From Syntrophobacterales bacterium (lineage in GTDB: Bacteria; Desulfobacterota; Desulfobaccia; Desulfobaccales; 0-14-0-80-60-11), in assembly GCA_020060385.1 (NCBI GenBank), contig JAGVAH010000161.1, forward strand, positions 8,162 to 72,161: a stretch of DNA of 64,000 bases, written 5' to 3'. Position numbers and translations under genes: made by a program. A model generated the notes under the pieces. That model was given only the letters and a program-made list of their open reading frames with translations. It searched no databases and had not been told where the DNA came from. Positions within the stretch are counted from its first letter, which is position 1, and every line of letters begins with the position of its first letter. Below, in pieces: positions 1-9,104 of the stretch.

Positions 1-1128
1 CTGTGTCTCCAGCTCCACTTTCAGGGAGAGGAATTTCATCAGGTCCTTTAAGGTCAGGATGCCCACCAGCTTAGCGCCCTCCATCACCAACAGCCGGCTG
101 TTCTCGGTTTGATGCATCTGGGCCAGGGCGTGAACGGCATCGGTATCCGGGGAAATGATATTTTCAGGCGTCCCCTGGGTGGCCAGTGCGCCGATGGTTA
201 CCCGGTTCCATTCCTCCCGGGGCACCTCCTTAATCTGGCGGGTGGTGACGCACCCCAGGAGCCGGCCGTCATCCAGCACCGGGAACATCTTAAAATGATA
301 CTTATAGACGTAGTCCTCCACCAGTTGCTCCACCGTAATGGTGCTGGGCGCGGTCACGGGGTGGGGGTTCATGAAGCGCCGCACCGGTTCCCCCTGCAGG
401 GCGTTGCGCACCAGGACCTGTTGATAGGAGGCCTGGGCCGCGCCCCGGATGAACAAGCCGATCAAAAACCACCACAGGCCGGCAATGAAACCACCGCTGA
501 CCATCTGCAGGATCCCCAGGGCAATGAGGCCGATGCCGAACGCGGAGCCGATGACCGCGGAAACCCGGGTGGCCCGGCGCAGATCATTCCAGGTCCCCCA
601 GAGAATCGATCTGAGGACCCGGCCCCCGTCCAAGGGGAAGGCCGGCAGGAGGTTGAACACGGCCAGCAGGACGTTGATATAGGCCAGGTAGCGGATGACC
701 CCATTCACCGGTAGCGGCCACTTGGCTGCCAGACCCTGAACATAGATCAGATAAAATACTCCGGCCAGGACAAGGCTGGATATGGGACCGGCAATGGCCA
801 TGAAAAATTCCACTCTGGCGCTGGGCGGTTCGTCCCCCATCTCGGCCACGCCCCCGAAGATAAAGAGGGTGATGCCCTTCATGGGCAACCCCAGACGGCG
901 GGCCACCAGGGAATGGCTGAACTCATGGAAGATCACGGACAGGAACAGGCCCAGGGCCCCGATTATCCCCATCAGCCAATAGGTCTGCTGGGAGAGGTTT
1001 TTGTAAAGGTACGGAAAGAGCCCGGCGGCCAGGGACCAGGAAACCAGGACGGCGATGATCAGCCAGCTCAGGTCGATACTTACTTCAAAGCCGAAAAGCT
1101 TAAAGAGTTTGTAACTGCGGCCAAACAT
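1..1128 (-). CDS. Site-2 (M50) zinc metalloprotease with C-terminal CBS pair. The 3' end runs off the window start.
   Basis: Absent from the ORF track because there is no stop inside the window. My translation from the ATG (rc of 1126-1128, GGAGGTGG 6 nt upstream) reads MFGRSYKLFKLFGFEVSIDLSWLIIAVLVSW... The HEFSH zinc motif is rc of 913-927. There are several hydrophobic helices, then CBS-like ...FPVLDDGRLLGCVTTRQI... and ...LLVMEGAKLVGILTLKDL... Confidence 0.85.
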   Translation of the reverse strand, partial: MFGRSYKLFKLFGFEVSIDLSWLIIAVLVSWSLAAGLFPYLYKNLSQQTYWLMGIIGALGLFLSVIFHEFSHSLVARRLGLPMKGITLFIFGGVAEMGDEPPSARVEFFMAIAGPISSLVLAGVFYLIYVQGLAAKWPLPVNGVIRYLAYINVLLAVFNLLPAFPLDGGRVLRSILWGTWNDLRRATRVSAVIGSAFGIGLIALGILQMVSGGFIAGLWWFLIGLFIRGAAQASYQQVLVRNALQGEPVRRFMNPHPVTAPSTITVEQLVEDYVYKYHFKMFPVLDDGRLLGCVTTRQIKEVPREEWNRVTIGALATQGTPENIISPDTDAVHALAQMHQTENSRLLVMEGAKLVGILTLKDLMKFLSLKVELETQ

Positions 1129-1336
1129 TTGCCACCTCCAGCTAAGTCACGGTAATTACTGGGGGATTGCTAAATGGATGTATCTTGCCCCAGGCCATCG
1201 CCCCTGCCGCTGGGTCTGCCCCGGGGATTATGAAGAAATTAAGGATTGCTAGGCCCCCCCGCAATAGGGGGGCCGCATCGGCTGTTTCCCCGCCGCCTAT
1301 CCCCATCATGCAGGGTGGAGGTGAGGCTTGTCCAGG

Positions 1337-2299
1337 CTAAAAGTTATAAAAAACGGAAAAGTTGGGGGTGTAGTTATACGTTGTGTTTTTGCCCCAGAGA
1401 TCAATCAGCACTCCGGCCACCAGGTAGAGGTCATCGCTGGCGATAAATTCCAGCGCGGGCATAATGCTGATCAGGGCTTTGGGAGGCTGGTTGGGCCGGG
1501 GCCCTAAGATACGCCCGGCGCTATAGGCGCTGACAAGTTCTCCCAGGAAAACCCACGGTCCCGGCAGTGGATATTCTGCGGCCAGGTTCACCGTCACCCA
1601 ATCCCGGTAATGGGTACTGACGCCGGCGACAGTGGCATCGGTGGACATACTATACCAGAGATTGCCATAAAGCAGGAAGGGCTGGGCCTTCTTAAAAAAA
1701 TTCAGTCCCGGGGTAAACATATAAGCTCCCTGGCCCAACTGGTCGGTTCCCAGGTTCCCGGGGTTCAGGCGGCGGTGGTGGCCGCTGGGAAAAGTGGTGG
1801 AAAAGATGCCGGCTACCGCGGGAAATCTTTCCCCTTCCTCCAGGAGTAAATACTTGCCGGTGAGGTTGATATCCCCGAGGCCCCCGAAGCTGGCGCACTT
1901 TTGACCGTTGGGTCCCGGTTGATTGACGTTCCCGGCCCAGTTATGGATATAAGGGACTACTATATATACTTCCGTCCGGGGGGCCAGGCCGTAATATAAT
2001 TGGGCCGGAGTGATGAGGGTTTGAAAGTTGCCGCCCGCGCTCACCCGGCGCCAATTCGCACTGAAGTTGCCGCCGGTAAGGGAGAGAAAGGTGGGAATCT
2101 CCAGGGTGAAGGTCCCCAGGGGTTGGGGAATGGCGGTGTCGGTGATAATGGGACCGCTGGTCACCCGGGTGGAGGTCTGCCTGGTGATGGGGGCCTCCTC
2201 TTCCTCCTCCCCGGCGGCTGCCGGGACCCCGAATGGCGTCCAGACCCACAGCCAGGCCAGCATCAAGATCGCAGTGCATCTCCAAAGACCGAAGGGCAT
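1337..2299 (-). CDS. Outer-membrane beta-barrel protein (putative transporter, Phenol_MetA_deg-like)
   Basis: 320-aa ORF with a signal-like N-terminus MPFGLWRCTAILMLAWLWVW and an alternating strand pattern. The C-terminus ...FSVFYNF ends in an aromatic residue, typical of OM barrels. AAGGGGG lies upstream. The family assignment is from memory only. Confidence 0.7.
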   Translation of the reverse strand: MPFGLWRCTAILMLAWLWVWTPFGVPAAAGEEEEEAPITRQTSTRVTSGPIITDTAIPQPLGTFTLEIPTFLSLTGGNFSANWRRVSAGGNFQTLITPAQLYYGLAPRTEVYIVVPYIHNWAGNVNQPGPNGQKCASFGGLGDINLTGKYLLLEEGERFPAVAGIFSTTFPSGHHRRLNPGNLGTDQLGQGAYMFTPGLNFFKKAQPFLLYGNLWYSMSTDATVAGVSTHYRDWVTVNLAAEYPLPGPWVFLGELVSAYSAGRILGPRPNQPPKALISIMPALEFIASDDLYLVAGVLIDLWGKNTTYNYTPNFSVFYNF

Positions 2300-2534
2300 C
2301 GCCCAGGCCCCCTTGGTTGGCCAATCTCTCCCAGGGGCTAGATTAGCAGCTTATCCATGATGTTTGCAACGCTCCACAGTTCCAGTCTCGCCGATATTGC
2401 GCAAAAAAGGGGAGGGCGGCAGAAAAAAGTTGGGGATAACCTTGCCCCGGCCAACTCCTCCAGTCTTCCCAAGCAGTGATAAATTAGTCTTTGCCCGTTT
2501 TCTTCCTGGCCTTTTCCCTGGCGGCCTCCAGTCT

Positions 2535-3335
2535 TCAGCCGAAACGGCCGGTGATATATTCTTCCGTCTTTTTCTGGGTGGGGTTGGTGAAGATTTGGGA
2601 AGTGGGGCCGAACTCGATGATCCGGCCCTGGTAGAAAAACGCGGTGAAATCGGAGACCCGGGCCGCCTGCTGCATGTTGTGGGTGACGATGACCATGGTG
2701 TAATGGGACTTCAACTCCTGGATCAATTCCTCGATCTTGGCGGTGCCGATGGGGTCGACGGCGGAACAGGGCTCATCCATCAGCAGCACTTCCGGCTCCA
2801 CCACCAGGGCCCGGGCGATGCAGAGGCGCTGCTGCTGGCCCCCGGACAGGGAGGTGCCCGGGCGGCGCAATTCGTCCTTGATCTCCTCCCACAGGGCCGC
2901 CTTCTGCAGGGCTTCTTCCACCCGGTCGGCGATGGCGCTTTTGCTGAGCGCGTAGTGCATCTTCAGGCCATAGGCCACGTTGTCGAACACGGACATGGGA
3001 AAGGGCGTGGGCTTCTGAAAGATCATGCCCACCCGGCGGCGCAATTCCATGACATTAAAGGCGGGGTCCAGGATATTCTCCCCATCCAAGAGCACCTCGC
3101 CTTCTGCCCGTTGGTCCGGATATAGTTCATAGACCCGGTTGTAGACGCGGATATGGGTGGATTTGCCGCAGCCGGAAGGGCCGATAATGGCCGTCACCCC
3201 GTTTTCGGCGATGTCCAGGTGGTTGTCGAACAGGGCCTGGGTTTCCCCATAGAAGAAATCGAGATGACGGGTGGCGACCTTGCTTTCCAGGCCGTGCGCG
3301 GCGAGGATTTGCTCCGGGGCGGTGGCGCTTTCCAT
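2535..3335 (-). CDS. pstB: Phosphate ABC transporter ATP-binding protein PstB
   Basis: Walker [10 protein letters not shown], signature [15 protein letters not shown] and Walker B LLMDEP. The PstB-typical N-terminus precedes ...FYGETQAL... Confidence 0.93.
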   Translation of the reverse strand: MESATAPEQILAAHGLESKVATRHLDFFYGETQALFDNHLDIAENGVTAIIGPSGCGKSTHIRVYNRVYELYPDQRAEGEVLLDGENILDPAFNVMELRRRVGMIFQKPTPFPMSVFDNVAYGLKMHYALSKSAIADRVEEALQKAALWEEIKDELRRPGTSLSGGQQQRLCIARALVVEPEVLLMDEPCSAVDPIGTAKIEELIQELKSHYTMVIVTHNMQQAARVSDFTAFFYQGRIIEFGPTSQIFTNPTQKKTEEYITGRFG

Positions 3336-3347
3336 GGGCGGCCCAGG

Positions 3348-5117
3348 TTAGTCCGGCAGGAGGTGCAGAGAAAAAATGCTTCCCTGCCCCGGGGTGCTCA
3401 CCACCGTCACCTTTCCCAAGTGGGCCTGGGCGATGTGCTTGACGATGGCCAGCCCTAAACCGGTGCCTCCGGAGGCGCGGCTGCGGCCGGAGTCCACCCG
3501 GTAGAAGCGCTCAAAGAGCCGGGGCAGGTGCTCCGGTTTGATGCCACTGCCCTGATCCTTGACCCGGATGACTACTTCCGGCCCGGCACGTTCCGCCTCC
3601 ACCCGGATCTCCCGGTTCGCCTCACTGTATTTGATGGCGTTGTCCACCAGGTTCACCAGGGCCTGCTCCAGCAGGGGCGCGTTGACGCGGGCCCGGAGAT
3701 CCCCCGGGCAAACCAGGTGGACGGCGATCCCCTTGGCCTGGGCCTTGGGCCCGCACACCTGGATGGCCGTTTCCAGCACCCCTTGGATCTTCTGGGTGGT
3801 GAGGAAGATCCGCCCCCGTTCCGCGTCCTGCTCCAGGCGGGAGAGGCTCAAAAGATCATCGATAATTTCATTGAGGCGGTCAACCTGCTTGGCGATGATG
3901 CGGAGAAAGTTTTCCGCGTTTTCCGGCTCTTTAAGCGCCCCCGTCAACAGGGTCTCCACAAAACCCTTGATGGAGGTGATGGGGGTCTTCAGTTCATGGG
4001 AGACGTTGGCCACAAAATCCCGGCGCAGATGTTCCAACTGCCGCAGGTGGGTCACGTCGTGGAGGACGATGAGGACGCCGATATTGGTCCCGGACGCGTC
4101 CCTCAGGGAGGTGCCGTGAGCTTGCAGCACCCGCTGGCCCTCACTGATGGCCACCTCTTCTTCAATGGGGTCTCTGGCCACCAGGGCCCGGTTGATAAAC
4201 CACCGCAGCCCGGAATCCTGCACCACCTCCTGAATATTTTGATCTAAGGAGGCTTGGGGATCTACTCCCAAAAGGCGGGCCCCCGCCCGGTTCAAGGCAA
4301 TCAGGCGCTGCTCCGCGTCAATGGCCAGGACCCCCTCAATCATGCTGGAGAGCACCGCCGCCTGCATCTGTCCCTGCCTGATCAGGGCATTGATGCGGTC
4401 CTCCAGTTTGGCGGCCATGTCATTTAAGACCTCGGCCAGGCTGGCCAGTTCGTCGGTTTGGGGAATGGGCAGCTTCCGGCTCAGGTCACCCTGGGCAAAA
4501 CGCAGGGCTCCCCGTTTGAGGTTCTCCAGGGGATCGCTGAGACGCCGGGAGATGAAAAAGCTGAGGAGAGCCACCAGCAGGGCAATGGCCAGCCCCCCCA
4601 GGATGGTCTTAAAATAGAAGACCCGCAGGGCCTGGCCGATGGCGGTCATGGCCAGAGACGCCCGCACCACGCCAATGATGCGGCCCTGGTCCTTCAAGGG
4701 GACGGCCACGTACATCTGCTCATGTCCCATGGTGTAACTGAACCGGGTGGACATCCCCACCCGGCCTCCGATGGCTTGCCGAAATTCCGGGCGGTCCCCA
4801 TGGTTATCCATTTTGGCCGGGTCTTCTTCCGTATCCCCCAGGACTTTTCCGGAAGGGAGAATCACCGTCAGGCGGGTGGCGGTAATTTTTCCCAAATCCT
4901 TGCAAAGCTTGTCCACCCAGGGGCCGTTCGCCAGCGCGGCTTGCCCGCCTATACGGCCTTCCACCAGATGGGCCCGGGTCTCCAGGTCCTTGGCCGTTTG
5001 CTCCAGGAAGAACAACCGCCAGGAGCGGGCGGAATACCAGGAGACCGCCACCAGGGTGACCAGGGTGACCAGGAGGAAAAAAGGGAAGAGATGCCAGAGC
5101 AGTTTTTTCCGGCCCAT
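3348..5117 (-). CDS. phoR: PhoR-type sensor histidine kinase (TM-sensor-HAMP-PAS-HisKA-HATPase)
   Basis: 589 aa with an N-terminal TM segment. H-box FVANVSHELKTPITSI, and ATPase boxes DNAIKY, DQGSGI and GGTGLGLAIV. It lies directly between the phoB-like and pstB genes. Confidence 0.85.
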   Translation of the reverse strand: MGRKKLLWHLFPFFLLVTLVTLVAVSWYSARSWRLFFLEQTAKDLETRAHLVEGRIGGQAALANGPWVDKLCKDLGKITATRLTVILPSGKVLGDTEEDPAKMDNHGDRPEFRQAIGGRVGMSTRFSYTMGHEQMYVAVPLKDQGRIIGVVRASLAMTAIGQALRVFYFKTILGGLAIALLVALLSFFISRRLSDPLENLKRGALRFAQGDLSRKLPIPQTDELASLAEVLNDMAAKLEDRINALIRQGQMQAAVLSSMIEGVLAIDAEQRLIALNRAGARLLGVDPQASLDQNIQEVVQDSGLRWFINRALVARDPIEEEVAISEGQRVLQAHGTSLRDASGTNIGVLIVLHDVTHLRQLEHLRRDFVANVSHELKTPITSIKGFVETLLTGALKEPENAENFLRIIAKQVDRLNEIIDDLLSLSRLEQDAERGRIFLTTQKIQGVLETAIQVCGPKAQAKGIAVHLVCPGDLRARVNAPLLEQALVNLVDNAIKYSEANREIRVEAERAGPEVVIRVKDQGSGIKPEHLPRLFERFYRVDSGRSRASGGTGLGLAIVKHIAQAHLGKVTVVSTPGQGSIFSLHLLPD

Positions 5118-5120
5118 AAG

Positions 5121-5810
5121 TCATCCTTTGAAGCGGTAGCCCACTCCCCGCACCGTTTCCAGATATTTGCCGCAAGGGCCCAGTTTCTTCCGCAAGCTCA
5201 CCACCTGGACGTCCACCGACCGGTCGGAAGCCGGATAGTCGTCCCCATGGACCCCTTTGACGATCTGGTCCCGGGTAAAGACCCATCCCGGGCGGCTGGC
5301 CAACAGTTGCAGGAGCCGGAATTCCGTGAGGGTGAGGTCCAGGGGCTGGTCATTAACCAGGACTTCATGGCGGCCCGGATCCATGACCAGCTCGTGCCTC
5401 TTAATAGTGGCTCCCGGGGCCGGAGGCTCCGCCTGCCGCCGGCGCAGCACTGAACGCAACCGGGCCAGCATCACCCGGGGACTGAAGGGCTTGGTGATGT
5501 AGTCGTCGGCCCCCAACTCCAGGCCGGTGACAATATCCGCCTCTTCCCCCTTGGCGGTGAGCATGATGATGGGGATCCGGCTGGTTTTGGCCTCCTGTTT
5601 GAGGAGGCGGCAGACCTCCAATCCGTCCATGCCCGGCAGCATCAAGTCCAATAATACCAAATCCGGCAAGTCTGGTTTGATGATTTTTAGGGCTTCTTCC
5701 CCCGAAGCCGCGCCGGTGATCTGGTAACCCTCCTTGGTCAGGTTATACTTGAGCAATTGCAGGATGTCCTCGTCATCTTCCACCACCAAGATCCGCTCTT
5801 TAGCCATCAA
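5121..5810 (-). CDS. phoB: OmpR/PhoB-family response regulator
   Basis: Receiver motifs VVEDDEDI and DLVLLDLMLPGMDG. Winged-helix C-terminus ...LETVRGVGYRF. There is a 3-nt gap to phoR. Confidence 0.85.
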   Translation of the reverse strand: MMAKERILVVEDDEDILQLLKYNLTKEGYQITGAASGEEALKIIKPDLPDLVLLDLMLPGMDGLEVCRLLKQEAKTSRIPIIMLTAKGEEADIVTGLELGADDYITKPFSPRVMLARLRSVLRRRQAEPPAPGATIKRHELVMDPGRHEVLVNDQPLDLTLTEFRLLQLLASRPGWVFTRDQIVKGVHGDDYPASDRSVDVQVVSLRKKLGPCGKYLETVRGVGYRFKG

Positions 5811-5869
5811 GGGTCTCCCCCTCCCGGAAATATCCCCGAAAACCTCAGGCCATTATTGCCAGGCAATTT

Positions 5870-6250
5870 TCATTTAATAAATTTGAGTTCCTTCAACTTC
5901 TTAACCAGACTCTCCTGGGAAATCTCCCCTTCGTGGCGGAAAACCTCTTTGCCGGACGCGTCTAGAAAGACCTGGGTGGGAATAATGACGATCTGGTAAT
6001 AGCGGTACTGGGGCTCTGCGGTCTCCACATGGAGGATCCGTATCTCCACCTGGGAACCGTAGGCCTTTTTGACCTGGAGGAGGACATCCTCCATCCTCTT
6101 GCAGATAGGGCAGGCTGTGCGGCTGAACTCCAGAATGGCCGGCTTGGGCTGCCGGGGTGAGGGCCCCTGGCTCCAGGCCGGCTGGAGGAGGCCGAAGATC
6201 AAGATTACCAGGATCAGCCCGTTTATTAAAATACGCCTGTTTCCAGACAT
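5870..6250 (-). CDS. Exported thioredoxin-fold protein (CPIC active site)
   Basis: 126 aa with a signal/TM ILINGLILVILIFGLLQPAWSQ and a CxxC motif TACPICKRM in a thioredoxin-like context. Confidence 0.7.
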   Translation of the reverse strand: MSGNRRILINGLILVILIFGLLQPAWSQGPSPRQPKPAILEFSRTACPICKRMEDVLLQVKKAYGSQVEIRILHVETAEPQYRYYQIVIIPTQVFLDASGKEVFRHEGEISQESLVKKLKELKFIK

Positions 6251-6353
6251 TTTTCCTCCTTGGGGCAGGCGGTGGTTGGAGGCGCTGCCCTGGGCCCAGA
6301 ACTACCGACGTTACTTAGTACAAGATTCCATAATCGTAGCAATGTGTTCATCT

Positions 6354-6408
6354 CCTCTCACCCCAGCCCTCTCCCCCCGCAGGGGGGAGAGGGTTAGGGT
6401 GAGGGGGG
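6354..6408. repeat. G-rich palindromic (REP-like) intergenic hairpin
   Basis: Left arm cctctcaccccagccctctcccccc, loop gca, right arm ggggggagagggttagggtgagggg. Its 16-mer (rc cccctcaccctaaccc) recurs at 8997-9012. Confidence 0.7.
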
Positions 6409-6467
6409 TAACTCTTGCGCTATCTATTTAAAATACGTCACCAAATTTATTAAATGTGGTACTTATG

Positions 6468-8828
6468 TCATTGCACGGACACCTCGATGCTGTCCCCCAT
6501 CCCATCCTGGCCCAGGGCGGTGAGGCGGTGCCGGCCCCGGGCCAGGGACACCGTCAGTTGGTAGGGCGGGCCCACGGTTCCCACTTCCCGGCCGTCCACG
6601 AACCAGCTCACCTGGCGCATATGGTGGCGGCACCTGGCCTTCAAGGTCACTTCCAGGTCTTCGTCCCGGGGGGCCAGGAGGAAGCGGTCGCCGGGCAGGG
6701 GATAGACAATGCTGACCCGGGCCCCTTCCCGGTAGTCCCGGGCCGACGGCAAGGTCCAGGCCACGGCTGGGGCCGCGGCGCTTTCCCCCCGGAAGACCCG
6801 CTGCAGGTCCGGGTCGAAGCCCGCCAGGCGAAATCTGCCCGCAGCGCTCTTCTCATAGCGCTGTTGCAGCCACCCGGCGTAAGCAGTATCCAGGCGGTGC
6901 CAGGGGGAATGTGGCTGATGATAGGTGCATTCCCGGGCGGGTTCGGTGCCGCTGACAAAAAATTCCTCCACCTGGAAGGCGCACCCCGGGCCGGGGCGCA
7001 TCCCGGAAAAGGCGCAGACCCGGGCCCGGGTGACCCCCTCGGGCCGCGGGAAGGGTTCCGGGGGGGCAGCCCTGAAGAGGGCCGCGGCCATTGCCGCCAC
7101 CATGGGGGCTGCGGCCGTGGCTCCGCTTTGCTGGGCCGTGGGGCGGCCGTCAAAATTTCCCACCCACACGGCCAGGGTGTAGCGGGGGGAGTAGGCCACG
7201 GTCCAGCAGTCCCGGTAGCGGGTGCTGGTCCCGGTCTTGATGGCCAGGCGGAAGGGCGGGTTCATGGCCGGCGAGCCCCCGAAGGCCCGGGACCGGGCCA
7301 AAGGATCGGCCAGGATATCGCTGACGATGAACGCGGCCTGCTCGGAAAAGACCGCCACTTCCTCTCCGGGAGGCTGGTCCCGGCGCAGGCGCACCGTCCG
7401 GTAGACGCCGCCGTTGGCCAGGCAGGCGTAGGCCCCGGCCAATTGCAGGAGGCTCACTTCCGGGTTGCCCACCACTAGCCCCAGGCCGTAATATTCCGGC
7501 CCCCGCTCCCGGTGGTTGATGAGGCGCAGGCGGTTCAAGGTTTCATAATAATGCTCCTGGCCCGCCAGGTTGAGGAGGCGCACCGCGGCCAGGTTCAGGG
7601 AATTGCCCAGGGCCTCCCGGAAGGAGATGGGGCCGTGGGCCACCCGGTCGAAGTTGGCCGGGTGGAACTCCCCCCCGGGGATGCGGTAGCGCCGCTCCAC
7701 GTCCTCGATGATGGACGCGGAGGTGAAGCCCCGGTCCAGGGCCAGGGCATAGAGAAACGGCTTCAGGGCCGAGCCGGGGGAGCGCCAGGCCGCGGCCCCG
7801 TTGTTGTAGCCGCCGTCTTGAGGGCCATAGTTAAGCGACCCCGCCAGGGCCAAGACCTCCGGCCCCCGGTTGTCCAGGATCACCGCCGCAGCCTGGCGGG
7901 CGCCCCCGGCCCTAAGGCGCCCGGCGTGGGAAAGGAGGATCTGCTCCACCTGCCGCTGTAGGGTGAGGTTCAAGGTGGTGCGCGCCACTCCTGTTTTGCT
8001 CCCCTTCTCCCCGGCCAGCACCAGGTTCACGAAGTGGGGGGCCAGAAAGGGAAACCTGGCCCCCCGGCCCGCCATCCCCGAGAGAACCAGGGGCTCGCTC
8101 CGGGCCGTTTGCAGTTCCTTGGGGCTCAGGAAGCCCAGGGCGGCCATGCGGCCCAGGACCCAATCCCGCCGGGCCAGCAGCCGCCGGCGGTGGCGACCCA
8201 GGGGATTGAGCCGTCCCGGGGCCTTGGCCAGGGAGGCCAGGACCGCGGCCTCGGCGGGGGAAAGGTTGGCCGCTCTCCTGCCGAAATAGGCCCTGGCTCC
8301 GGTCTCCACCCCCGTCAGGTTATTCCCCTGGGGGACCCGGTCGAGATACCGCCTGAGTATTTCCTCTTTGGACAGGGCCGCTTCGATGCTGAGGCTCCGG
8401 CCCATTTCCACCACCTTCCGGGACCAGGTGCGGGGTCCGGGAGAGGTGAGGCGGGCCAGTTGCTGGGTGATGGTGGACGCGCCGGAGACCACCCTGCCGG
8501 CCTTGATATTGCTGAGCGCGGCCCTGACCACCGCCGCCGGGTCGACCCCGGGGTGCTCCCAGAAGCGCTGGTCCTCCGCGGCCACGAAGGCCGCGCTCAC
8601 CAGCGGCGGCAGGGGCCCCGGGGGCAGCTTCACCATTCGGCTGCCACCGGGCCCGGTCCCCAGAAAGAGGAGGCGGTCCTGGCGGTCCAGGACCAGGGGC
8701 CCCGGTCTGGGGTCCAACGCGGCCAGGTCCACCGGGGTGAGGCGTACCCACAGGATGCCCCCCGCGGCTAAAGCCACCGCCAGGACCATCACTACCACCA
8801 GCGCCCATCTAATTTTTAAGGATTGCAT
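6468..8828 (-). CDS. pbpC: Penicillin-binding protein 1C (bifunctional transglycosylase/transpeptidase)
   Basis: 786 aa with an N-terminal TM anchor. GT51 motif AAEDQRFWEHPGVD. Transpeptidase motifs are SxxK (GSALKPF), SxN (SLNLAAV) and KTGTS. It has a long C-terminal PBP1C-type domain and sits downstream of the alpha-2-macroglobulin gene. Confidence 0.9.
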   Translation of the reverse strand: MQSLKIRWALVVVMVLAVALAAGGILWVRLTPVDLAALDPRPGPLVLDRQDRLLFLGTGPGGSRMVKLPPGPLPPLVSAAFVAAEDQRFWEHPGVDPAAVVRAALSNIKAGRVVSGASTITQQLARLTSPGPRTWSRKVVEMGRSLSIEAALSKEEILRRYLDRVPQGNNLTGVETGARAYFGRRAANLSPAEAAVLASLAKAPGRLNPLGRHRRRLLARRDWVLGRMAALGFLSPKELQTARSEPLVLSGMAGRGARFPFLAPHFVNLVLAGEKGSKTGVARTTLNLTLQRQVEQILLSHAGRLRAGGARQAAAVILDNRGPEVLALAGSLNYGPQDGGYNNGAAAWRSPGSALKPFLYALALDRGFTSASIIEDVERRYRIPGGEFHPANFDRVAHGPISFREALGNSLNLAAVRLLNLAGQEHYYETLNRLRLINHRERGPEYYGLGLVVGNPEVSLLQLAGAYACLANGGVYRTVRLRRDQPPGEEVAVFSEQAAFIVSDILADPLARSRAFGGSPAMNPPFRLAIKTGTSTRYRDCWTVAYSPRYTLAVWVGNFDGRPTAQQSGATAAAPMVAAMAAALFRAAPPEPFPRPEGVTRARVCAFSGMRPGPGCAFQVEEFFVSGTEPARECTYHQPHSPWHRLDTAYAGWLQQRYEKSAAGRFRLAGFDPDLQRVFRGESAAAPAVAWTLPSARDYREGARVSIVYPLPGDRFLLAPRDEDLEVTLKARCRHHMRQVSWFVDGREVGTVGPPYQLTVSLARGRHRLTALGQDGMGDSIEVSVQ

Positions 8829-8867
8829 GGTAATTATCCTGCCGGGCTTGTCCGCACCCTCATTTTA

Positions 8868-9104
8868 AGTCCCCCTTTCCTAAAGGGGGATTTAGGGGGA
8901 TTATCGAGCGCTTATCTAATCCCCCCCTGACCCCCCTTTAGAAAGGGGGGGAAAGAATATCGGCATTTGGCCCTTATTCTTGTTGCCAGGAGTGCCCCCC
9001 TCACCCTAACCCCCCACCGGGGGAGAGGGAATAAGAGCAAAGAACTATTGGCAAATTCCAGAACTTTGAACCTTGAACCTTGAACCTTGAACTCTGCCAA
9101 TCAG
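8868..9104. repeat. Cluster of intergenic palindromes plus a TTGAACC heptamer array
   Basis: Hairpins tccccc-tttcctaaa-ggggga (8870-8890), tagggggatta...taatccccccc (8893-8927) and cccccc-tttagaaa-gggggg (8931-8951). The G-rich 16-mer is at 8997-9012. TTGAACC x3 plus TTGAACT (9066-9093) is enclosed by attggca (9047-9053) and tgccaat (9095-9101). Confidence 0.75.

Noticed and set aside
109-714. 201-aa plus-strand ORF, and similar long ORFs antisense to real genes (for example 2364..3125, 4458..5453, 12587..14191, 17002..18156, 27179..28369, 38488..39597, 54190..55389, 55651..56589)
   Set aside because: Each lies antisense or out of frame within a gene that has strong family motifs (M50 protease, pstB, phoR, A2M, glgP, dsrK, SQR-like, giant kinase). 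Their products are Gly/Arg/Pro/His-rich low-complexity strings typical of open antisense frames in high-GC DNA.
9066-9093. Heptamer arrays (also 15804-15831, 16682-16715, 33305-33385), considered as CRISPR-like or coding repeats
   Set aside because: The units are 7 bp with no spacers, the arrays are under 35 bp, and there are no cas genes. They are simple tandem heptamers, not CRISPR.
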